Assembly (NCBI GenBank): GCA_964598745.1
Contig: CAZRCV010000001.1
Coordinates: 1 to 63,052 of the forward strand
Length of the DNA stretch: 63,052 bases
Source: an uncultured Methanosarcinales archaeon
GTDB taxonomy: Archaea > Nanobdellota > Nanobdellia > Woesearchaeales > GW2011-AR9
Direction of reading: 5' to 3'
The notes beneath the pieces were generated by a model. The model was not told the DNA's origin. It ran no database searches and was given only the letters and a program-made list of their open reading frames with translations. Shown here one piece after another: positions 9,838-17,819 of the stretch. The position numbers were made by a program, and so were the translations under genes. Position 1 is the first letter of the stretch. The number at the start of each line of letters is the position of its first letter.

Positions 9838-10140
9838 CTACTGGATTTCAATGGTCTCTTCAGGAAAACCTAACTCCGTTAACGCCTGTTTCACGCGAGA
9901 TTTATGGTCTCCTTGCAGTTCGATATTTCCGCTTTTAGCCGTTCCACCACAGGCAAACTTCGATTTCAATTTTTTAAAGATTTCTTCGATGTTAGCCTCA
10001 CGCTTTATACCATTGATAACCGTATACATTTTTCCAAACTTTCTTTTCTCAATTTTAACGGTTATTTTTTGCTGCTCCCGCGCGATCGTCTCACAAACGC
10101 ACAAGTCTAAAGGTAATCCACATTGATTACATACTGCCAT
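9838..10140 (-). CDS. Translation initiation factor aIF1 (SUI1 family)
   Basis: N-terminal CxxC..CxC knuckle, then ITVKIEKRKFGKMYTVINGI and ACGGTAK..IELQGDH, the SUI1 core. Conserved slot in the archaeal cluster. Confidence 0.85.
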   Translation of the reverse strand: MAVCNQCGLPLDLCVCETIAREQQKITVKIEKRKFGKMYTVINGIKREANIEEIFKKLKSKFACGGTAKSGNIELQGDHKSRVKQALTELGFPEETIEIQ

Positions 10141-10341
10141 TTATTTTGCATCACGCTCCAATTTTTTAGCAGCGGTCAAGAGCCTGGCAATATTCTTTTT
10201 AGCTTGTTTTAGGCTACCAGGATTGGAAATGCTCCCTGTTGCCGACTGCACTCTTAACTTTAGCAGTTCCTTTTTAAATTCTCCCAATTTTTCAGCCAAT
10301 GCCACTGGAGAGAGATTTCTTATTTCTTTTGCAGCTTTCAT
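10141..10341 (-). CDS. rpl29: 50S ribosomal protein uL29
   Basis: 66-aa helical protein (LGEFKKELLKLRVQSATG). Follows uS3. Confidence 0.85.
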   Translation of the reverse strand: MKAAKEIRNLSPVALAEKLGEFKKELLKLRVQSATGSISNPGSLKQAKKNIARLLTAAKKLERDAK

Positions 10342-10343
10342 TT

Positions 10344-11237
10344 TTAATTTACTTTAATATCTTTATTATCGAAGGAATTGTTAATAATATTATTAGGTGA
10401 TCTTACTTTAGGCTCATCAGTTAATGAACTAATTTCTTCCTCGTTCTTTTTTTGTGAAGAGGGAAGGGGTGAATTTTCCTCAACAACAGAAAGGGGATTA
10501 GATTTGTCTACCTTAACTTTGTTTCTTGAACCAGCTTTTCGTCCGGAAACTTTGCGTTGAGGTTTAGCCTCAGTGCCGCTTAACGGCTCGGTAACATGGT
10601 CCTTGGAAGGAACGACGGCCTCTTGGGTTATGGTTATCGGTTGATCCAAAATTGTTACCGTGTCAGGCAACACTAAATCAGGTGGCATGATTGATACTTT
10701 TATGCCTATTATCCCGCTCTTAAGCAAAGCACTAGCTTTAGCACTCCTTACACCATAAATAGCAATATCTCCGCATTTTTTTAAATATCCTTGGTAAAAC
10801 CGCCAACTCTTAGCCCTAGCGCCAGGAATTTTTCCGGAAATTACTAATTCTATTCCCAGAGCTCCAGAATTAAGAACATTTTCCATAATTTTGTGGCCAA
10901 TGCTTTTGAACCTAGCCGAACCAAACTTTTCTAGCGAGCTGGCAATTTTTTCAGCTACAATAGCCGCATCAAGAAAAACGTTTTTAACTTCTACAATTTC
11001 AATCTGCGGGTTTTCCAAATTAAAAATTTTCTTTAATTTTTGAGTTAAATCCCTGATGTTGGAACCTTTTGAACCAACAATTAAACTGGGTCGATTAGCA
11101 TGAATGATGACTTTCTCTCCCAAAGGTATTTTTTTAAGAGTGACTTGAGAAATACCGGCTCCTTTAAGGGTGCGTTCTACTTCTTTTCGAATATAATACT
11201 CTTTAGTTTTTTGTTGAATAAATTCTCGTTCAATCAT
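10344..11237 (-). CDS. rps3: 30S ribosomal protein uS3 with a ~90-aa low-complexity C-terminal tail
   Basis: KH-domain segment RPSLIVGSKGSNIRDL and GIELVISGKIPGARAKSWRFYQGYLKKCGD core. Confidence 0.9.
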   Translation of the reverse strand: MIEREFIQQKTKEYYIRKEVERTLKGAGISQVTLKKIPLGEKVIIHANRPSLIVGSKGSNIRDLTQKLKKIFNLENPQIEIVEVKNVFLDAAIVAEKIASSLEKFGSARFKSIGHKIMENVLNSGALGIELVISGKIPGARAKSWRFYQGYLKKCGDIAIYGVRSAKASALLKSGIIGIKVSIMPPDLVLPDTVTILDQPITITQEAVVPSKDHVTEPLSGTEAKPQRKVSGRKAGSRNKVKVDKSNPLSVVEENSPLPSSQKKNEEEISSLTDEPKVRSPNNIINNSFDNKDIKVN

Positions 11238-11806
11238 TTTGAATAGTCTCCAGCGTGATTACTAGACATAGGTTTATGATCATTAACTTTGACCGGGTTT
11301 GTTTTAGCTTTTTCAGAGGAATGAGATTCGTTTCTGTTAGCTGTTTTGGAGCTAGCTTTAGATATTTTTGTTGAATCTTTACCCGCAATTTCACTTACTT
11401 CAATCTCCAAGTTCGTTCGCTTGGTAGCATGGCGAAACCTGCCACCGGTAAAGGGTATTGAAGCTAAATTAGCCATAAGTTTAGTAATTTTTAACCGTGC
11501 TGTGTTCAAGCCTTGGGCTTGAGCATTAGCCTCAACAGAGTGAATTAATTTTAAAAATTGCCGGGCGGCTTTTTCTGGATACCTTCCAGCAGCCATGGTT
11601 CTTTTATGAGCCACATTCTGTTTATATGTTTTGAAAGGAATAGCCCTTCGCAAGGTTACAACATTCTCTAAGATTTTCCTGGCTGCGGCTGTGCTTTTAT
11701 AGCGAATAGCTTTGCTTATTTCTACACTATGCTTAAATGACATGGTTACATCTAGCGATTTGGCCTTAGCCAAATGTCCTTTTTCAACTATAGGTGTAAT
11801 TTTCAT
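11234..11806 (-). CDS. rpl22: 50S ribosomal protein uL22 with a Ser/Lys-rich C-terminal tail
   Basis: SFKHSVEISKAIR..AARKILENV..IPFK..HKR core. Synteny uS19-uL22-uS3. Confidence 0.85.
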   Translation of the reverse strand: MKITPIVEKGHLAKAKSLDVTMSFKHSVEISKAIRYKSTAAARKILENVVTLRRAIPFKTYKQNVAHKRTMAAGRYPEKAARQFLKLIHSVEANAQAQGLNTARLKITKLMANLASIPFTGGRFRHATKRTNLEIEVSEIAGKDSTKISKASSKTANRNESHSSEKAKTNPVKVNDHKPMSSNHAGDYSK

Positions 11807-11808
11807 TT

Positions 11809-12189
11809 TTATCTAGCCGATACAGCTTTACTGGATCTGGTGGCGCCAATACCCGCGGCACTGTGTGTTACAACTTTCCTAGTTAAAGCAAATTCTCCTA
11901 AATAATGGCCTAACATCTCTGAAGTGATTTCCACGCGCTGAAACTCCTTGCCATTGTAAACACCGAGAGTCATCCCTATCATTTTAGGAATAATCACCAT
12001 GTCCCGGCAATGAGTTTTGATATTCTTATCCCCCGCTTCAACCCGTTTTAACAATCTTTTCTGGGCTTCCGTAAAGCCGCGTTTGATCGAACGCCTCATG
12101 CGTGCTGAAACCAGATTAGCAAATATATCCAAGCTCAAAGTTTTAACTTCTTCTTCGCTTCTTCCCTGCCATTTAAATTCTTTTGCCAT
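11809..12189 (-). CDS. rps19: 30S ribosomal protein uS19
   Basis: THCRDMVIIPKMIGMTLGVYNGKEF..ITSEMLGHYLGEFALTRK motif. Confidence 0.9.
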   Translation of the reverse strand: MAKEFKWQGRSEEEVKTLSLDIFANLVSARMRRSIKRGFTEAQKRLLKRVEAGDKNIKTHCRDMVIIPKMIGMTLGVYNGKEFQRVEITSEMLGHYLGEFALTRKVVTHSAAGIGATRSSKAVSAR

Positions 12190-12195
12190 TTTATT

Positions 12196-12621
12196 TTACC
12201 TAAATTTAATTTCACTTCGTCTTGAGTTTGTTTCATCACCATCACTAACTGAAGAAGCACTCACGCCCGGTGTTGGGTGGAATAATTTATTTTTGAAATA
12301 AGCCACACCATTACTAGTGCCAACAAGGCCTCGCCGACAGGAAAAAGTTAAATAAACAGTTCCTACGGGAACCTCATTACCCTGACTATCTCTACTTATT
12401 AAAGTGTCTATTCTCTGGATATTACCATTATACCTTAATCTAAGGTTACTATCAAAATAGCTATCACAAGTATAATTACTGGAAATACCTTTAGCTACTT
12501 GCACTGGATAAAACATTGAGCTAAGATTATTTTCAGTATCCCTTCTTCTAGCTTCCAGCACTCCAGCATATGCCCACACCGTAGCGGCTGCAACAAATCC
12601 TAATTTATGTATCAATGACAT
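12196..12621 (-). CDS. Orphan membrane-anchored/secreted protein (141 aa) embedded between uL2 and uS19
   Basis: The ATG (MSLIHKLGFVAAATVWAYAGVL..) lies 1 nt after the uL2 TAA, and the stop lies 6 nt before the uS19 ATG. There is one N-terminal hydrophobic helix, and I recognise no family. The longer 12654 start in the ORF track would overlap uL2. Confidence 0.6.
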   Translation of the reverse strand: MSLIHKLGFVAAATVWAYAGVLEARRRDTENNLSSMFYPVQVAKGISSNYTCDSYFDSNLRLRYNGNIQRIDTLISRDSQGNEVPVGTVYLTFSCRRGLVGTSNGVAYFKNKLFHPTPGVSASSVSDGDETNSRRSEIKFR

Positions 12622-12622
12622 T

Positions 12623-13324
12623 TTATTTCTTCCTGCCTGTCCTGCGCGGCGCAATTTTCCCTACTTTACGCCCTGGCGGCGCGCTTCTCGGTGATAACGT
12701 TGGCCTACCTTTGATATGCGAACATGAGCCACCAAAGGGGTGGTTAACTGCATTCATGGAAATACCGCACACCCTTGGATAAACTTTATTGCGCGCTTTC
12801 ATTTTATAGTATCTAGCTCCGGCTTTCAAGAAAGGTTTGTCCTTTCGGCCAGAGCCAGCCAAAATTCCCACCGAAGCTCGGCAATCAGGCAATAATAATT
12901 TTTCCTTTCGTGAAGGCAACAATACTCTGATGGCGGTTTCCGACTTAGCAATGACACGAGCCGAAGAACCGGAAGTTCTAACTAATTTTCCTCCATCTCC
13001 TGGCCGCAACTCAATATTGTGAATTAAGGTTCCTTCCGGAATATGTTTTAAAGATAAAACGTTTCCTGGCCTGATTTCTGCTTCAGAACCAACATTAATT
13101 TGATCACCAACAGCAATACCTTCCGGAGCAACAGTTCTGGCTTTAATTCCACTATTAAAATAAGCTACCTCCATTAAGGGAGCAGTATGCGCTGGACAAT
13201 GAATAAGATCGACTATCAAACCGGCTTGGGCGGGATGTTTAGATGGCCCTTTAAATCTAAATTTGGGAGTCTTATAAGTAAGCGAACCGCGCCCTCGTCT
13301 TTGTTGTATTAGTTGCTTACCCAT
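12623..13324 (-). CDS. rpl2: 50S ribosomal protein uL2
   Basis: GNVLSLKHIPEGTLIHNIELRPGDGGKLVRTSG and MNAVNHPFGGS motifs. Confidence 0.95.
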   Translation of the reverse strand: MGKQLIQQRRGRGSLTYKTPKFRFKGPSKHPAQAGLIVDLIHCPAHTAPLMEVAYFNSGIKARTVAPEGIAVGDQINVGSEAEIRPGNVLSLKHIPEGTLIHNIELRPGDGGKLVRTSGSSARVIAKSETAIRVLLPSRKEKLLLPDCRASVGILAGSGRKDKPFLKAGARYYKMKARNKVYPRVCGISMNAVNHPFGGSCSHIKGRPTLSPRSAPPGRKVGKIAPRRTGRKK

Positions 13325-13654
13325 TTATATTAACCCCAGATCCGCGCTTACATCAGAAGCTGATTTATCAGCGCTTAACTTAACATAAGCCTTTTTTTGC
13401 CCGTCAAAGGAATTTTGCAGGTTAACCTTTGTTACTGTTACTTTAAACATTTCTTGCACCGCTCTCTTGATATCCGGCTTGCTAGCTTGCCTATCGACCA
13501 CAAAAACTAGGGTATTGGCAAACTCTATTTTACGGATGTTTTTTTCAGTAGATAAAGGAAATTTAATAATTTGGTAAGGATCAAAACTAGCAGAAACCTT
13601 AGCCTTAACTTCTGATGCTGTTGATTTAGATGATTTTGATTTTTTCGAAGTCAT
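13325..13654 (-). CDS. rpl23: 50S ribosomal protein uL23 (Ser/Lys-rich N-terminal extension)
   Basis: IKFPLSTEKNIRKIEFANTLVFVVDRQASKPDIKRAVQEMFKVTVTKVN core. Confidence 0.85.
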   Translation of the reverse strand: MTSKKSKSSKSTASEVKAKVSASFDPYQIIKFPLSTEKNIRKIEFANTLVFVVDRQASKPDIKRAVQEMFKVTVTKVNLQNSFDGQKKAYVKLSADKSASDVSADLGLI

Positions 13655-13664
13655 TTTTTATAAT

Positions 13665-14474
13665 TCATACAAATAATTTCTCTTTGTCCATAGTTTCGAT
13701 GGCGTTCTTTGTCCATAAAGTAATGCGGCCGGGCATAGTTCCAGGAGCTAACAATTCTATATTTAATGATTTAGCTGAAACAACATCTATCCCGGCAATA
13801 TTAGCTGCCGCACGAATCACAGCACAGTTGTCATCACCCACCACAATTAACAAACCTTTTTTCCGTTGATATCTTCTTCCACGTAATTTTCCTAAGCCTG
13901 CCCGCACTTTTTTAATTAATGACCGTTCTAATTCCTCGCCAAAACCCAATAATATTAATATTCTTTTAACTTGACTGGTTTTGGCCAGAGATTCAAAATC
14001 ATTATCAATAATAAAGGGATAATCTTCGGGAAGATAATGCCCCCTATTTTTTACAATAGCCCTACTCACAACTGCCGATACTGCTGATCTGATGGCCTTA
14101 GAAGCTTCTTTTTTGTTAATTTTTCTTGCCCAAATTCGTTCTGCTTTGGGAGGATGCGCTCTCCTACCGCCAACGGTTTGCGCAGTAAATGCTCCTACCC
14201 ACGAAAATCTTGTTCCGCGGCGAGATAAAATCTTACGCCGCACACGGCTAATGCCGAATCCGTAAGTCCCCCTATATTTGCGGCGCCGTTTGCTAGTTTT
14301 AGAAGAAGAACGCATACCTGCGCCTGGATGTCCCCCATAGGGTTGCCTAGAGGCGCTCTGTAAAGCTTGAACTGCGCGTTTAATTAAATCTGGACGATAA
14401 GCTTCGGAAAATTGTTTAGGTAATTGTTGCTCGCCTATCTTCTTAGATTCGATATTTCGTATTGGTAGTTTCAT
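13665..14474 (-). CDS. rpl4: 50S ribosomal protein uL4
   Basis: RQPYGGHPGAGMRSS..GTYGFGISRVRR..GGRRAHPPK motifs. Synteny uL3-uL4-uL23. Confidence 0.9.
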   Translation of the reverse strand: MKLPIRNIESKKIGEQQLPKQFSEAYRPDLIKRAVQALQSASRQPYGGHPGAGMRSSSKTSKRRRKYRGTYGFGISRVRRKILSRRGTRFSWVGAFTAQTVGGRRAHPPKAERIWARKINKKEASKAIRSAVSAVVSRAIVKNRGHYLPEDYPFIIDNDFESLAKTSQVKRILILLGFGEELERSLIKKVRAGLGKLRGRRYQRKKGLLIVVGDDNCAVIRAAANIAGIDVVSAKSLNIELLAPGTMPGRITLWTKNAIETMDKEKLFV

Positions 14475-14475
14475 A

Positions 14476-15441
14476 TTAATTACTCAAAGATATATAGCGC
14501 ACCTCTGGCGCAGATTTAGGTATTTTAGAGTTAACTCTAATCGCAGAAGTCAACAGCACTGCCCGTTTTTGGGGGCCAATAACTGAACCTTTTAACAATA
14601 AATAATGACTTTTTATTAAACCATAGTGGGTAATGCCCCCGTTAGGATTGATCTTCTTGCCATCCTCACCAAGGCTAATAATCTGCTTATTGTATTCTGT
14701 TCTTAAATGATAACCCATCTTTCCGGCCTGAGCTACAGTAAACTCTACTCGTTTAGGCGTCCATGAGCCCAAAGTAGCTATTCCCCGTTTAGTTTTTTCG
14801 GCCTTGTGTTGCCTTATGGGCACACCAAACCGTTTAACTGTACCTTGCCAACCTTTGCCCTTGCCCACGCCGTGCACATCTACGGACATTCCTGGATCAA
14901 AAACAGAGGAAATGGGAACTTCTTTACCTAACAGGGATTTAGCATAATTTAATTTATCTTCTTTATTGCCGCCTAACGCTATTTCGATCATCTTCGGTTT
15001 TTTTGTGCCAATCCCTGTTTTTTCCGGAGCAGAATAAACTACCAACCGAATGTCGTCAAACTCAAAGCCTGCTTCAAGTGGCTTTGATTTTTTAGCTAAG
15101 GGTATCTTTCTACCCAGTTCTTTGCCTAAATTAGTTCCAAGAACAACATTTATTTTTTTTACACCGTAACTAGTATTTTTATAGAAAGCAACGCCAGCCA
15201 CCCGCAGCGGTGGGCACTCTATTATTGTCACTGGACAGAAAATTTCTTCTCCCTTAGTAAGAGATTTTGGCCGGTTGTCAACTATTTGCAAGTGAGTCAT
15301 GCCTGCTTTGTAACCAATAAAGCCTAATAATTTAACTTTTGATTCAGAAGCCCAAGAGCGCACCCTAACTAGTGAATGCTTAGACCTCTTCCGAGGCCAA
15401 AATTGCATACTTCCTCTTCTGGGATGGCTTACTTTTGGCAT
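14476..15441 (-). CDS. rpl3: 50S ribosomal protein uL3
   Basis: HPRRGSMQFWPRKR..GYKAGMTH..GKGWQGTVKRFGV motifs. First gene of the cluster. Confidence 0.95.
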   Translation of the reverse strand: MPKVSHPRRGSMQFWPRKRSKHSLVRVRSWASESKVKLLGFIGYKAGMTHLQIVDNRPKSLTKGEEIFCPVTIIECPPLRVAGVAFYKNTSYGVKKINVVLGTNLGKELGRKIPLAKKSKPLEAGFEFDDIRLVVYSAPEKTGIGTKKPKMIEIALGGNKEDKLNYAKSLLGKEVPISSVFDPGMSVDVHGVGKGKGWQGTVKRFGVPIRQHKAEKTKRGIATLGSWTPKRVEFTVAQAGKMGYHLRTEYNKQIISLGEDGKKINPNGGITHYGLIKSHYLLLKGSVIGPQKRAVLLTSAIRVNSKIPKSAPEVRYISLSN

Positions 15442-15677
15442 TTAATAAATACAGCGCTTAATTATTCTACGAACAGCTAACCAAGCGCACACATTTTCTT
15501 TGATAAACTGCCTATGGCGGGTATACATCAAGAAAATTTGATGTCAACCTTATCAGGCTTTTACCACAAAATGTATTTAACCGATAAATCGGTCAGTTTA
15601 CATCTCGTCTACACCTGGGTAAGAATGTTATTTATAAAGATTTCTAAAAAAATGAATTAAAACAAAAACATGTTTTC

Positions 15678-15896
15678 TTATTTATTGCAGTTAACGTCAC
15701 AGACTATCCTTACTGCTGATTCTAAACCGCTAATTAGTGTTTCATGCCCCGAGCCGTCTATTGCCGGCTGCCAATTATCGTGGCCGCAGACACATCGCAC
15801 AGACTCGTAACGAAAATCGTCATACCACACTGAAACCCAGCTTTGCCGAGGCAGAGCGACCCCACAATAACTGCAAGGGGGTGGTTCTTCTTCCAT
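15678..15896 (-). CDS. Small Cys-rich protein (72 aa from the ATG), possible zinc ribbon
   Basis: CSYCG..(23)..CVCGH plus C-terminal CDVNC. The ATG at 15896 is preferred over the TTG at 15920. An oligo-T run follows the stop on the coding strand. Confidence 0.4.
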   Translation of the reverse strand: MEEEPPPCSYCGVALPRQSWVSVWYDDFRYESVRCVCGHDNWQPAIDGSGHETLISGLESAVRIVCDVNCNK

Positions 15897-16060
15897 AAAC
15901 AAAGTTAATACTAACAACAAGTTTATAATTGTTTTATTTAACTTAAAAGTTATAACATAACTTACAAAATCTACCAGATAAACATATAAATAATTAAGAT
16001 TAAAGCAATATAAAATAACTAACCTGCTAGATTCGGGTTTAACTAAAATTAAGCATTGCC

Positions 16061-16930
16061 ATGAGATACAAGTTTGTTAACATTCTTGGAAAGTTCCTCT
16101 TTGATGAAAAATTAAATATCATCTCAGTAAAAGACGATTCTTCTGCTTTGCCGCTGCCGCCAGAAAAAATTCCGGCCATTTTGTCCAGTTTTAAAGACAA
16201 AAAGTACTTCGCCAAATTTTATCAGGAAAACCTCAAATTAACTAGAGAAGCCATCAAAAATGCTGTAAATGAGGATCAACTATTAATGCAAACTATTTGT
16301 AACATCGGAGAACTAGATAAAGTTTCTAATTTGTTAATTAAGAGGCTGAGGGAGTGGTACTCATTATACCTGCCAGAACTATCAGAATTAGTTACAGATC
16401 ACGAACAATTCTTAGAGTTGACTAAACAAACTAAAACTGCTCTTTTAAAGAAATTTAACCTTTCTGAGACAATGGGTGCAGATTTGCTACCGGCCCATTT
16501 AGAACAAATGAAATTATTGTGCCAACAGATAATCAACATTTACGAGTTAAGAAAATCTCATGAAACATACCTCAAAAATATCATGCAAAATCATTGTCCA
16601 AATTTGTTAGAGTTGGCTGGAGCAACCATCGGAGCCAAACTTATTGACTTAGCTAATGGTTTGAAACAATTAGCCCTGCTGCCAGCTTCTACTGTGCAAT
16701 TACTAGGAGCTGAAAAGGCCTTATTTAGGCACATTAAAACTGGATCCCGTTCGCCTAAGCATGGTATCATTATTAACCACCCACTAGTACAAGGTGTAAA
16801 TAGAAGCAAAAAAGGCAAAGCTGCGCGCATGCTAGCTGACAAATTATCCTTGTGCGCTAGATTAGATTACTTTAAAGGCGAACTTAAGGCTAAACAATAT
16901 CGCCAGGAGTTAGAAGAGGCTTTAAGATGA
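16061..16930 (+). CDS. nop5: C/D box sRNP core protein Nop5 (Nop56/58 family), short form
   Basis: Nop domain LLGAEKALFRHIKTGSRSPKHGIIINHPLVQ and KGKAARMLADKLSLCARLDYF. Upstream of fibrillarin, as in most archaea. Confidence 0.85.
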   Translation: MRYKFVNILGKFLFDEKLNIISVKDDSSALPLPPEKIPAILSSFKDKKYFAKFYQENLKLTREAIKNAVNEDQLLMQTICNIGELDKVSNLLIKRLREWYSLYLPELSELVTDHEQFLELTKQTKTALLKKFNLSETMGADLLPAHLEQMKLLCQQIINIYELRKSHETYLKNIMQNHCPNLLELAGATIGAKLIDLANGLKQLALLPASTVQLLGAEKALFRHIKTGSRSPKHGIIINHPLVQGVNRSKKGKAARMLADKLSLCARLDYFKGELKAKQYRQELEEALR

Positions 16931-17103
16931 AAGAGATAGAACTTAAAATCTTAGATATTAATCCTCAAGATGTTAGAAAGAAATTACTAGGAATTGGAGC
17001 GCCAACAGAAAAAGAAGTAGAAGAACTCGTACTAAAATTAGGGTATACTATGAAACAAACTACCAACTTAACGATGGAAGAATTAAGAAAACAAAATGCC
17101 TAA
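16927..17103 (+). CDS. 58-aa mini-ORF between nop5 and fibrillarin. Its N-terminus resembles the start of CYTH (class IV adenylate cyclase/triphosphatase) domains.
   Basis: ATGA overlap with the nop5 stop and 8-nt overlap with the fibrillarin ATG. MKEIELKILDINPQDVRKKLLGIGA resembles the ExExK start of CYTH proteins. The rest is too short to form the domain. Confidence 0.35.
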   Translation: MKEIELKILDINPQDVRKKLLGIGAPTEKEVEELVLKLGYTMKQTTNLTMEELRKQNA

Positions 17104-17770
17104 CCAACTTAGACCACACCAAATCTTTGAAATATACCAAGATAAAGACAGCAAGCGCATTTTTACTAAAAGTTGTTTTCCAGGAAAAGTCCATTTTGAG
17201 GAAAAAATTATAACTGAAGATAGTGCTGAATATCGAGAATTTGATCCACGCAGAAGCAAGCTAGCCGCCATGATCATAAAAGGCTGCACTAATGTGGGAA
17301 TAAGAAAAAATGATGTAGTCCTTTACTTGGGAATTTCTCACGGATACACTGCTTCGTTTATTTCTGATATTATTGGCAAAGAGGGTTTAATTTTCGGCAT
17401 TGACCCTGCACCCAGAGTGATGCGCGATTTAGTGTTTTTGGCTGCAGAACGCCCTAATATTGTACCTATTCTAGCTGACGCTAACCATCCAGAAACATAT
17501 CTTACGCGCGTATCACAGACAGATATTTTATATCAGGATGTGGCTCAACGCAACCAGGAAGATATTTTTATCAGAAATTGTAAATTATTTTTAAAACCTG
17601 GCGGTTATGGATTACTGGCGGTAAAGGCTAAAAGCATCAATATTAAAAAAAGGTCCAAAGATATTTTTATTGAAATCAGAAAGAAACTGGAACAAGAATT
17701 TACAGTTATTGACTATAAAATACTTGAACCATTCGAAAAAGACCACTGTTTAATCATTGTCAAGAAATAG
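17096..17770 (+). CDS. flpA: Fibrillarin-like rRNA/tRNA 2'-O-methyltransferase
   Basis: EYREFDPRRSKLAAMI, VLYLGISHGYTASFISDI, ILYQDVAQRNQ motifs. Confidence 0.9.
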   Translation: MPNQLRPHQIFEIYQDKDSKRIFTKSCFPGKVHFEEKIITEDSAEYREFDPRRSKLAAMIIKGCTNVGIRKNDVVLYLGISHGYTASFISDIIGKEGLIFGIDPAPRVMRDLVFLAAERPNIVPILADANHPETYLTRVSQTDILYQDVAQRNQEDIFIRNCKLFLKPGGYGLLAVKAKSINIKKRSKDIFIEIRKKLEQEFTVIDYKILEPFEKDHCLIIVKK

Positions 17771-17819
17771 AGATAGGATTACAACAATCTATTAAAATCC
17801 ATTATTCAAAATTTTAGCA

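Noticed and set aside
12196-12654. The long version (152 aa) of the orphan ORF, starting at 12654.
   Set aside because: It would overlap the 3' end of uL2 by 32 nt. The internal ATG at 12621 sits 1 nt after the uL2 stop and begins the hydrophobic helix, so it is the more plausible start.
320-15441. About two dozen plus-strand ORFs of 60-110 aa inside the ribosomal-protein/secY block (e.g. 320..526, 1560..1811, 3553..3849, 4899..5222, 7551..7871, 8934..9266, 9851..10126, 12017..12301, 13630..13869).
   Set aside because: All lie antisense to, and fully within, well-supported conserved genes. They have low-complexity or Ser/Leu/Phe-rich translations and no start context. These are typical shadow ORFs.
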